From Candidatus Staskawiczbacteria bacterium RIFOXYB1_FULL_38_37 (lineage in GTDB: Bacteria; Patescibacteriota; Minisyncoccia; Minisyncoccales; Staskawiczbacteraceae): 64,000 nucleotides of DNA. The notes beneath the pieces are model-generated. The model did no database searches. It saw nothing but the letters and a program-made list of their open reading frames with translations, and had not been told where the DNA came from. The position numbers and the translations under genes were made by a program. Shown one piece after another: positions 55,164 through 62,914 of this stretch (positions are counted from its first letter, which is position 1; each line of letters starts with the position of its first letter). The stretch spans positions 75,872 through 139,871 of the forward strand of contig MHPK01000002.1 in NCBI GenBank assembly GCA_001822075.1, read 5' to 3'.

Positions 55164-55370
55164 ATGGTTAGTTTAGTCATTATTTTAGCCGTTGCTGTTA
55201 TTGCAGTTTTTGTTATTAGCGGGATTGTTTGGGCTGTGCGGAAAGATTCAAAAGATGAGAAAAAAGAGAAAACAATGCCAGCGCTGGTGCAAAGGCAGGC
55301 GGCGGAAAAACAGGGAGTTTTAAAACAGGTGGGTGATATTGGGCAGGGAGTTTATTATACAAAAACATGA
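55164..55370 (+). CDS. small single-TM protein
   Basis: MVSLVIILAVAVIAVFVISGIVWAV then charged tail; stop lies inside the right repeat. Confidence 0.4.
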   Translation: MVSLVIILAVAVIAVFVISGIVWAVRKDSKDEKKEKTMPALVQRQAAEKQGVLKQVGDIGQGVYYTKT

Positions 55371-55396
55371 ATAACTCAACAGCCGTTGAGTTATTC
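55369..55396 (+). repeat. 28-bp hairpin direct repeat, right copy
   Basis: Identical to 53019-53046. Confidence 0.9.
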
Positions 55397-55400
55397 GGTA

Positions 55401-55424
55401 AAAGCCCTATTTTAGGGTTTTTTG
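55401..55424 (+). terminator. rho-independent terminator
   Basis: AAAGCCCTA-TTT-TAGGGTTTT plus T-run. Confidence 0.7.
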
Positions 55425-55490
55425 CTTGTCCTGAGGAACTTGAAGGAATTGAAAAAAGAGGGTTTTTTTGGTAAGATTACATTAAATTCT

Positions 55491-57338
55491 ATGCAAGAAA
55501 ATATCAGGAATTTTTCTATCATTGCTCACATTGACCACGGCAAGTCCACATTGGCTGACCGGCTTTTGGAGTTGACGGGCACAATAGACCCTAAAAAAAT
55601 GATGCCTCAATTTTTAGATTCAATGGATTTGGAAAGAGAAAAAGGAATTACCATAAAACTAAAAGCCATCAGAATGGAACTAGACCCATTGAAAATTGAA
55701 AATTTAAAATTGAAAATTCCAGTTCAGAACTATGTTCTGAATCTGGTGGATACTCCCGGCCACGTTGATTTTTCTTATGAGGTTTCAAGGTCTATGGAAG
55801 CTGTTGAAGGAGCTGTTTTATTGGTTGACGCAACGCAGGGAATTCAGGCGCAAACTTTGGCAAATTTGGAACTGGCAAAACAACAGAACTTGAAAATTAT
55901 TCCTGTAATAAATAAAATTGATTCGCCCATAGCAAAAGTTGAAGAGTCAGTTGAAGAGCTGTCAAATCTTTTGGATATTTTGCCCGATGAAATTATAAAA
56001 ATTTCTGCAAAAGACGGCACAAATGTTGCGCAAGTTTTAGAAACTATTATACGAGAAGTACCTGGACCCGCCCAAAGCCCTGCGGGCATTGAGGCGGGTG
56101 AACGCCCCTTCAGGGCGCTCATTTTTGATTCAGAGTACGATTCTTTCAAAGGCGTAATTGCTTTTGTGCGCGTTATTGACGGTGAAATTTCAAACGGAGA
56201 AAAAATTGAATTAATGGCAACAGACGCGCCAGCTGAAATAAAAGAGCTTGGTTATTTAAATCCTGATTTTTCTCCAAAAGAAAAATTAACGGCGGGCGAT
56301 ATAGGATATATTGCAACAGGAATTAAGGAGCCTGGCAAAGTTACAGCGGGTGATACCATTATCAAACAGCAATCTTTGGCAACAAAAGGCAGTATTAAAC
56401 CTTTACCAGGATACCAAGAGCCAAAGCCAATGGTGTTTGCTTCATTGTACCCCGAAAATCCCGATGACTTCGGCGATTTAAAAGTTGCCTTGTCAAAATT
56501 AAAATTAAATGACCCTGCATTGATTTTTGAGCAGGAAATGAAAGAGGCTTTGGGAAGGGGGTTTAATTGCGGGTTTTTGGGCACCTTGCATATTGAAATT
56601 ATTTCAGAAAGATTGCAAAGAGAATTTGGCTTAAACCTGGTAATTTCAACGCCGTCTGTTGTCTATAAAATAATAGACAATAAAGACAAAGAAATTTTGA
56701 TTTATTCAGCTTCTGATTGGCCCGACCAGTCAAAAATAAAAAGCTCCGAAGAGCCATGGGTGTCATTAGAAGTTATAGCTCCGTCTAGCCAAATAGGAAA
56801 GCTGATGGAAATTCTAAAAAGTTTGAAAGGCAATTATGTGGACACAAATTATTTGAGCCCCGAAAGAGCTGTCATAATTTTTGAAACTCCTTTGCGGGGA
56901 ATTATTGCCAATCTATACGACAAAATAAAAACAGCCAGCCAGGGGTATGCTTCAATGAATTATAAAATTTTAGGATATAGGCCGGCAAAATTAGTAAAAA
57001 TGGAAATTTTAATTGCAGGGCATAAAGAAGAGGCGCTTTCAAAAATTGTGGCAGAAGAAGAAGCTTATTTTGAGGGTAAAAAAGTTGTTGAAAAATTAAA
57101 AGATGTTTTGCCAAAGCAAATGTTTTCTGTTGCCTTGCAGGCGGCTGTCGGAGGAAAAATTATTGCCAGAGAAACAATTAGGGCTTATATGAAAGATGTT
57201 GCGGGATATCTTTACGGGGGAGATATAACTAGAAAAAATAAATTGCGCGAAAAACAAAAAAAGGGCAAAAAGCTTATGAAGCAAAAAGGCCAGATAAATG
57301 TGCCAACAAAAGCATTTTTAGAAGTATTCAGGGCTTAG
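55491..57338 (+). CDS. lepA: translation elongation factor 4
   Basis: IIAHIDHGKSTLADRLL, DTPGHVDF, NKID; C-terminal LepA-specific region; start trimmed from 55422. Confidence 0.95.
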   Translation: MQENIRNFSIIAHIDHGKSTLADRLLELTGTIDPKKMMPQFLDSMDLEREKGITIKLKAIRMELDPLKIENLKLKIPVQNYVLNLVDTPGHVDFSYEVSRSMEAVEGAVLLVDATQGIQAQTLANLELAKQQNLKIIPVINKIDSPIAKVEESVEELSNLLDILPDEIIKISAKDGTNVAQVLETIIREVPGPAQSPAGIEAGERPFRALIFDSEYDSFKGVIAFVRVIDGEISNGEKIELMATDAPAEIKELGYLNPDFSPKEKLTAGDIGYIATGIKEPGKVTAGDTIIKQQSLATKGSIKPLPGYQEPKPMVFASLYPENPDDFGDLKVALSKLKLNDPALIFEQEMKEALGRGFNCGFLGTLHIEIISERLQREFGLNLVISTPSVVYKIIDNKDKEILIYSASDWPDQSKIKSSEEPWVSLEVIAPSSQIGKLMEILKSLKGNYVDTNYLSPERAVIIFETPLRGIIANLYDKIKTASQGYASMNYKILGYRPAKLVKMEILIAGHKEEALSKIVAEEEAYFEGKKVVEKLKDVLPKQMFSVALQAAVGGKIIARETIRAYMKDVAGYLYGGDITRKNKLREKQKKGKKLMKQKGQINVPTKAFLEVFRA

Positions 57339-57405
57339 CCCATACTTATCCACAGGCTTTACTATAGCCGTTAGTATATAATTATATAATATAAAAATTT
57401 ATCAT

Positions 57406-59025
57406 ATGAAAATTAAATCATTTGCAATAATATCAGCATTATTTTTAGTTTTATTAATAATTCCAGGTGCCAGTTATGCGCAGACTTGGTGCCATACTTT
57501 TAATAAAAATTTAGGCGTTGCAGATTCTGGCTCAATTGATGTGGCATATCTTCATGTCGCTCTTTTATCAGAGGGCATTTCATATGGAAATGACGGTCTT
57601 ATTGCTTATTCAGATGGAACGATTGCCGGCGTAATCGTATTTCAGGAAAAATATGCTTCTGAAATTTTAGCTCCATGGGGCCTCACAAAAGGCACAGGAT
57701 ATGTTGGCACAACAACAAGGGCAAAACTAAACCAGCTTTATGGATGTTCAAGCTCTTCGGGCAATTCAGGGACACCCACTTGCGCTGTAAACTGGCAGTG
57801 CACAAATTGGGGCAATTGCTACAGCAACCAGCAAATAAGAGTTTGCACTGACTACAATTTCTGCGGCACAACTTCTGGCAAGCCAGTTGAAACCCAATCC
57901 TGCGCTTCTTCAACCTGCGCTCCAAGTTGGCAGTGCACGGGTTGGAGCGCATGTTCTGGCGGCCAGCAAACTAAAACTTGCACAGATTATAACTTCTGCG
58001 GCACAACTTCTGGCAAGCCGGCAACAACGCAGTTTTGTTCTTCTACTAATACAAATAACACAAACAATACAAACACTTGCCAGGCGACCTGCATAACTCA
58101 GACAGATGGAGTTTATGCCATTGACTGCTATGGAAATCCGACAAAGTGCAGTTCAACTCAAATTTGCGAAAAAACTTTTGACACAAGCTATAACTATTCA
58201 AGCGGGTATGTGCAGACTATACAAACTTTAACAGGGGCCCACTGCGCATACAGCAGTAGCAGCAACACAAATAATACAAGTTGCACGCCAAATTGGCAGT
58301 GCGCTGGTTGGGGCGCATGCTATAACGGTTATCAAACACAAACTTGCACAGATTACAACTTCTGCGGCACAACATATAACAAACCTGCAACAAGCCGGAG
58401 TTGTTGTACCGAAGATTGGGAGTGCGGTAATTGGTCAGCTTGCGCTAACAACCAACAAACGCGTACCTGCGCAGATTTAAATAGTTGCGGAATTGCAACT
58501 AAAACTGAAAGCCAGTATTGTTGTGTTGAAAATTGGGACTGCGGTGACTGGAGTAGCTGCAACAATGAACAACAGACAAAAACCTGCGTAGATTTAAATA
58601 ATTGCGGCACAACTTTAAATAAGCCCGCAACCTCGCAATATTGTTGCGAGCCCAATTGGTTTTGCAGTCTCTGGGGAGTTTGTTCAGCTTATGGCCAGCA
58701 AACAAGAACCTGCGCCGATTCAAATAGTTGCGGAACTCCAGAAGGCAAGCCAGAAACAACGCGATCTTGCGCCTGCGTTGAAAAATGGCAATGCGGAGCT
58801 TTTAGTGCTTGCTACAATAGTCAGCAGACGCGCTTTTGCTATGATGCAAATCACTGCGGAACTACAACAAACAAACCCTATACTAAGCAGTCATGCACCT
58901 CAACTTGCAGTCCAAATTATGTATGCAGCCAACAGCCCGCCTGCAAAAACAGCCAGATACAGAGCTACTGCTATGATTTAAATGCGTGCTTTAGCCAGTC
59001 TGAATTTAGAATCTGCGCATTTTAA
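57406..59025 (+). CDS. secreted protein: peptidoglycan-binding-like module plus about 8 six-Cys repeats
   Basis: Signal peptide; FQEKYASEILAPWGL; repeats C-x3-W-x-C-x2-W-x2-C-x4-5-Q-x-(R/K)-x-C-x-D-x-N-x-CGT. Confidence 0.7.
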   Translation: MKIKSFAIISALFLVLLIIPGASYAQTWCHTFNKNLGVADSGSIDVAYLHVALLSEGISYGNDGLIAYSDGTIAGVIVFQEKYASEILAPWGLTKGTGYVGTTTRAKLNQLYGCSSSSGNSGTPTCAVNWQCTNWGNCYSNQQIRVCTDYNFCGTTSGKPVETQSCASSTCAPSWQCTGWSACSGGQQTKTCTDYNFCGTTSGKPATTQFCSSTNTNNTNNTNTCQATCITQTDGVYAIDCYGNPTKCSSTQICEKTFDTSYNYSSGYVQTIQTLTGAHCAYSSSSNTNNTSCTPNWQCAGWGACYNGYQTQTCTDYNFCGTTYNKPATSRSCCTEDWECGNWSACANNQQTRTCADLNSCGIATKTESQYCCVENWDCGDWSSCNNEQQTKTCVDLNNCGTTLNKPATSQYCCEPNWFCSLWGVCSAYGQQTRTCADSNSCGTPEGKPETTRSCACVEKWQCGAFSACYNSQQTRFCYDANHCGTTTNKPYTKQSCTSTCSPNYVCSQQPACKNSQIQSYCYDLNACFSQSEFRICAF

Positions 59026-59078
59026 AATTATTCCGTTCAAAATTATAATTTTTAAAAGTATTAATAGATTTTAATTTT

Positions 59079-61013
59079 ATGAAAATAAAAATATTTTTAA
59101 TAGCAGTTTTGTTTTTATCTTTGCTGATAATTCCCGGAGTAATTTTGGCGCAAGAGTGGTGTCACACCTTTAAGGTTGGTTTAAGAAAAGGCGACCAAAG
59201 CCAGGAAGTTTCTGAACTACAAAGAGCTTTGATGAAAGAAGGACTTTTATTTATTCCCCAGCCCACTGGCTTTTTTTGGAATGCTACATTTGACGCTGTT
59301 GTTGCTTTTCAGGAAAAATATGCTTCTGAAATTTTAGCTCCTTGGGGATTAACTCGCGGGAATGGCGTGGTGAGCTTTAAAACAAGAGAAAAATTAAATC
59401 AACTCTATGGATGTTCAACAATTTCCACCTGTACTCCGAGTTGGCAATGCGCAGATTGGAATATGTGTTCAAACAATCAGCAGACCCGAACCTGCGCAGA
59501 TTCTAATAATTGCGGAACAACGGCAAACAAACCCATAACAACTCAGTCGTGTTCTTCAACTTGCACTCCAAACTGGCAATGTTCAGATTGGAGCGCGTGC
59601 GTTACAGGCGGCCGGCAGACCCGAGCCTGTACTGATTCTAATAATTGCGGAACAACTCAACCAGAAACAGCTAGGTTTTGCCCTTGTACTCCGGATTGGG
59701 AATGTATCCAATGGAGCCCCTGTTGGAATGGCGAGAGAGCCCGCGCATGTCACGATAAAAATAATTGCGGTGATAACACAAACAGACCCGAGATAAGACA
59801 ATCCTGCGCGTATACTTGTGAGCCAAATTGGTCTTGCACAGATTGGAGTAATTGTATTCCTACTGGTTTAACGAGCGGTATAAAATATAGAAATTGTGTA
59901 GATGAGGGCAATTGCGGAACAACCGCAAATAAACCTTTAACAACGCAAGTTTGTTCTACTGGAGCTCCTGCTCCAGTTCCTGAATGCACATCAGCCGATT
60001 GGTCTTGCACAGACTGGTCAGATTGTTCTGTTTCCGGCGCTGTTCCTTTGAGCAGCACCCAGACTTTGACTGGCACTCAAACCCGCACCTGTAGTAGAAA
60101 ATCAGGTAATAATTGTTATGGTGGCAATCCCGCAACAAGCCAGTCTTGCACCGTGGAAGTAGAGGTTCCAACACCAACTCCAACCCCGACGCCTACGCCA
60201 ACACCAACTCCAACCCCGACCCCGACTCCGATTGAACCAACGCCGACCCCGACCCCGACTCCAACGCCAATAGGGATAGCTCCTACACCAGGATGTACCA
60301 TGTCTGCTCAACCTACTATAGGTTGGAGTAGTTGCGTTTGTGGCGAGAAATATAAAACAAATTATGTCGTTCAATATTGTCCTGATGGAACAACTGAAAG
60401 CCTCAGCGAGACAATGCAAGAAGCTCAATGCGGTTATAAAGTAGGAACGAAAACATATTGCTATGAAGGTTCAAAAGATCCCCAAAATAATAGCAAGAGT
60501 AAGGAAGTGTGCGCTGTTAATAATTGGAATGGTACGTTAGGAGATACTTGGCTGATCGGCTACAAAGATCAAGGAGCTCAGTGTGTTGTTAAAAACGGAG
60601 TGATAGGCGGTACATGTGGTTATAATTGTTATTTTAGTGGAGGAGAACAAATACATTATCCAGACACAAAGCCTCATTGCAGTTCAGAGTGTAAACAAGA
60701 TAATAATGGAAGACTATGGGCCGTCAATGAGGGGGGTAATGTGTCACCACATTCAAGGGTAAATTGCGGATATGTATCAAGCGGAGCTAAATGTACACTT
60801 CAAGATGGCACTTATTGTAAAAAAGCTGTCTGTTTGAGTAATCTTGCCACCGCTCCTAAGCCATCTGGCGGCAGTTCGGGGTCGTCTCTAACACCTCTTA
60901 ATTCTACTCCAACTCCAACACCGATCCGGACCCTGACTCCAACTCTTGACGATATCCAAAATCAGCTGGCATCTATTGCGAGTGTAATTTATAATTTATT
61001 GAATCCTCAATAA
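59079..61013 (+). CDS. secreted paralogue: peptidoglycan-binding-like module, about 5 six-Cys repeats, (PT)n linker and Cys-rich C-terminal domain
   Basis: Same N-terminal architecture; PT-rich linker encoded at 60167-60270. Confidence 0.7.
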   Translation: MKIKIFLIAVLFLSLLIIPGVILAQEWCHTFKVGLRKGDQSQEVSELQRALMKEGLLFIPQPTGFFWNATFDAVVAFQEKYASEILAPWGLTRGNGVVSFKTREKLNQLYGCSTISTCTPSWQCADWNMCSNNQQTRTCADSNNCGTTANKPITTQSCSSTCTPNWQCSDWSACVTGGRQTRACTDSNNCGTTQPETARFCPCTPDWECIQWSPCWNGERARACHDKNNCGDNTNRPEIRQSCAYTCEPNWSCTDWSNCIPTGLTSGIKYRNCVDEGNCGTTANKPLTTQVCSTGAPAPVPECTSADWSCTDWSDCSVSGAVPLSSTQTLTGTQTRTCSRKSGNNCYGGNPATSQSCTVEVEVPTPTPTPTPTPTPTPTPTPTPIEPTPTPTPTPTPIGIAPTPGCTMSAQPTIGWSSCVCGEKYKTNYVVQYCPDGTTESLSETMQEAQCGYKVGTKTYCYEGSKDPQNNSKSKEVCAVNNWNGTLGDTWLIGYKDQGAQCVVKNGVIGGTCGYNCYFSGGEQIHYPDTKPHCSSECKQDNNGRLWAVNEGGNVSPHSRVNCGYVSSGAKCTLQDGTYCKKAVCLSNLATAPKPSGGSSGSSLTPLNSTPTPTPIRTLTPTLDDIQNQLASIASVIYNLLNPQ

Positions 61014-61044
61014 AAATTTATTAAATTTTTGCGCAAAACATATC

Positions 61045-61072
61045 AAGCAGCCTCGCCATGGAGGGGCTGCTT
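61045..61072 (+). terminator. hairpin terminator
   Basis: AAGCAGCC / GGCTGCTT stem, short T-run. Confidence 0.6.
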
Positions 61073-61084
61073 TGATTGGCTGGC

Positions 61085-61112
61085 TTGATTATAATGATTT
61101 TTATGTTAAAAT
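61085..61112 (+). promoter_or_regulatory. promoter of the tRNA array
   Basis: TTGATT - 16 nt - TAAAAT. Confidence 0.45.
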
Positions 61113-61143
61113 GTAGAGTATATCGTTTAAATCGATATATCAT

Positions 61144-61498
61144 CGCGCCTTGGAGGAGTAGTACCTCGACAGTCTCATATTGTAGCCTCGTGCGATTCGA
61201 GGCAAAATGTGACCCCGAGCGGTAACGCTCGGCGGAAAAATTCCTTAAATTGCTGGAAACCCTGCAAGCATCCTAAAATACTACTATGCGTAGTAGCATG
61301 GTAGTGATAATTTTTAGGCGATGCAGACAATCAGCAGCCAAATCCACGAAAGTGGAGAGGTTCAGAGACTATAATAGGAATTACCAATTCGTGTGCCTGC
61401 CGGTAGGCAGGAATTGGTAAGTGGTATAGTCCATTCCTTTTAGCGATAAAAGGTAAAAAAAGAAGCTGTAGGCCCTGGTGCAATTCCAGGAGGCGCAA
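61144..61498 (+). tRNA. intron-containing tRNA (CAU), initiator-like; exons 61144-61178 and 61463-61498
   Basis: Cloverleaf forms only after removing 61179-61462; C1xA72 mismatch, A11:U24, U8, U33, anticodon CAU. Confidence 0.7.
61179..61462 (+). ncRNA. group I intron in the anticodon loop (no ORF)
   Basis: Core elements AAAUUGCUGGAAACCC, GCAGCCAAAUCC, GUUCAGAGACUAUA, GGUAUAGUCC; 5' exon ends in U, intron ends in G. Confidence 0.75.
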
Positions 61499-61511
61499 CA
61501 TTTTTAAATCG

Positions 61512-61585
61512 GCCGGGGTAGCTCAGTTGGTAAGAGCGTTGCACTCATAACGCAAAGGTCGGGAGTTCGAATCTCCCCCTCGGCA
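61512..61585 (+). tRNA. tRNA-Met or tRNA-Ile2 (CAU), elongator type
   Basis: GCCGGGG/CCTCGGC acceptor, loop CUCAUAA, T-arm GGGAG-UUCGAAU-CUCCC; CCA not encoded. Confidence 0.9.
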
Positions 61586-61589
61586 CAAT

Positions 61590-61665
61590 GCGGGCGTAGT
61601 CCAGCCTGGTTTAAGACGCCTCCCTGTCACGGAGGAGATCAGGGGTTCAAATCCCCTCGCCCGCG
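61590..61665 (+). tRNA. tRNA-Asp (GUC)
   Basis: GCGGGCG/CGCCCGC acceptor, loop CUGUCAC, T-arm AGGGG-UUCAAAU-CCCCU. Confidence 0.9.
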
Positions 61666-61734
61666 CATGAAGCTTTCAATACGAGAGACCTGATTTCCCG
61701 ACTGAGAATTTTTCTCCCGTTTTTGGTTATTCAC

Positions 61735-61763
61735 TTGACAGACTTCTGGATTAGGAATATTAT
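61735..61763 (+). promoter_or_regulatory. promoter of Fur-like gene 2
   Basis: TTGACA - 17 nt - TATTAT, overlapped by ATTAGGAATATTATTA (the same motif as upstream of copy 1). Confidence 0.5.
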
Positions 61764-61809
61764 TAAAATAATAATTAAACTCAAATAGGAATCACTACTA
61801 AACTTATAG

Positions 61810-62172
61810 ATGATTACATCACAGAGAAAAATTATCTCGGATTATCTAAAAAATGTTGCTTCTCATCCTTCGGCCGAGAAAATTTATCTTGAAGTCAGGA
61901 AGATATTGCCGAGAATAAGCAAAGGGACAGTTTACAGAAACTTGAAGACCCTAAAAGAGAATGGAGAAATTCAGGAGATTTCTATAGGCGAATCGCGTTA
62001 TGACGGCAACATTTCCTCGCACGCTCATTATATCTGTCAAAAGTGCGGCAGGATATTTGATATTTTTGAAGACTGCCGGAATTGTAAAATCCTAAAGCAT
62101 AAAAGAACAAAGGTCGGGAAAATAAATCAATATCAAATTAATTTCTACGGTATCTGCAAAAAATGTGGATAA
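61810..62172 (+). CDS. Fur-family transcriptional regulator (copy 2)
   Basis: Clearly paralogous to 12835-13233 when aligned by eye over the whole length: ISKGTVYRNLKTL, HAHYICQKCG, FYGICKKCG. Confidence 0.8.
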   Translation: MITSQRKIISDYLKNVASHPSAEKIYLEVRKILPRISKGTVYRNLKTLKENGEIQEISIGESRYDGNISSHAHYICQKCGRIFDIFEDCRNCKILKHKRTKVGKINQYQINFYGICKKCG

Positions 62173-62461
62173 CCAAAATAAAACCATGCAAGAAACAAAT
62201 AATATCTGCCACGACTGTGGCGCAAACATAAAAATCAACGGGGAGGAAATAGAGAACGGTGTGTGTTTAATTTATGAGAACGTCAGCGAGAAAATAGGTA
62301 TTTTAAAATGCAATGATTGCTACGCGAAAGATTCTGCTTTGAGAAATTTTCAAGAGTGCGAGGTTTATTCAAGAGTAGTCGGCTACCTGAGGCCGGTTGA
62401 ACAATGGAACAGAGGTAAAAAAACAGAGTATTCAGAGAGAAAAGAATATGTCGTTAAGTAA
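62165..62461 (+). CDS. free-standing NrdD C-terminal-like protein, copy 2
   Basis: CHDC..CNDC then CEVYSRVVGYLRPVEQWNRGKKTEYSERKEY; overlaps the Fur-like gene end; alternative start Met 62186. Confidence 0.55.
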   Translation: MDNQNKTMQETNNICHDCGANIKINGEEIENGVCLIYENVSEKIGILKCNDCYAKDSALRNFQECEVYSRVVGYLRPVEQWNRGKKTEYSERKEYVVK

Positions 62462-62485
62462 AACTAATTAAATAATTAAAATATC

Positions 62486-62911
62486 GTGAACAAAAAAATT
62501 ATTATTCCAGCAATTATTATTGGTATCTTTGCGGTAGCAGCTGTAATTGCGTTTAATAAAACCGACCAGACCGCTGAAAATCCAGTTGTGGCAGAAAACA
62601 AAGAATCAACGGTGAAGGAATTTACCATGACCTCTTTTTATGAAATTGTCGACGACCAGCCAAAACCGCAATACTCTCTCAAAGAAATTAATGTTAATAA
62701 AGGAGATTTAGTAAGGATTAAAATCACTGTAACCAAAGGTATGCATGATTTTAAAATTGACGAGTTTAATGTATTTGCGGACACCAAAGAACTCAACAAA
62801 GAATATGTGGTTGAATTTGTAGCCGATAAAGCTGGGGAGTTTATTTATTATTGCACTAAACCAGGACATCGGGCAAACGGACATTGGGGAACCCTGATAG
62901 TAACCGAATAA
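62486..62911 (+). CDS. membrane-anchored cupredoxin-fold protein
   Basis: TM helix; GMHDF and YYCTKPGHRANGHWG ligand-like pattern; GTG start. Confidence 0.65.
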   Translation: MNKKIIIPAIIIGIFAVAAVIAFNKTDQTAENPVVAENKESTVKEFTMTSFYEIVDDQPKPQYSLKEINVNKGDLVRIKITVTKGMHDFKIDEFNVFADTKELNKEYVVEFVADKAGEFIYYCTKPGHRANGHWGTLIVTE

Positions 62912-62914
62912 ATA

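Noticed and set aside
61320-61362. SRP-RNA-like look of CAGCAGCCAAAUCCAC-GAAA-GUGGAGAGG
   Set aside because: The AGCAGCC block lies 5' rather than 3' of the tetraloop and no GGAA/AGGUCC context exists. The segment is part of the group I intron (Q/P6-P7 region).
61144-61498. tmRNA (ssrA) interpretation of the ~350-nt structured region before the tRNAs. It includes a tag-like mini-frame, GCT GGA AAC ... TAT GCG TAG TAG (61252-61296, AGNPASILKYYYA followed by two stops), and a tRNA-like 3' end.
   Set aside because: The acceptor stem has no G3:U70 pair, which alanylation requires. A CAU anticodon loop sits at the correct cloverleaf position, and the interior carries the group I intron core blocks. 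An intron-containing tRNA explains everything, and the tag frame is coincidental.
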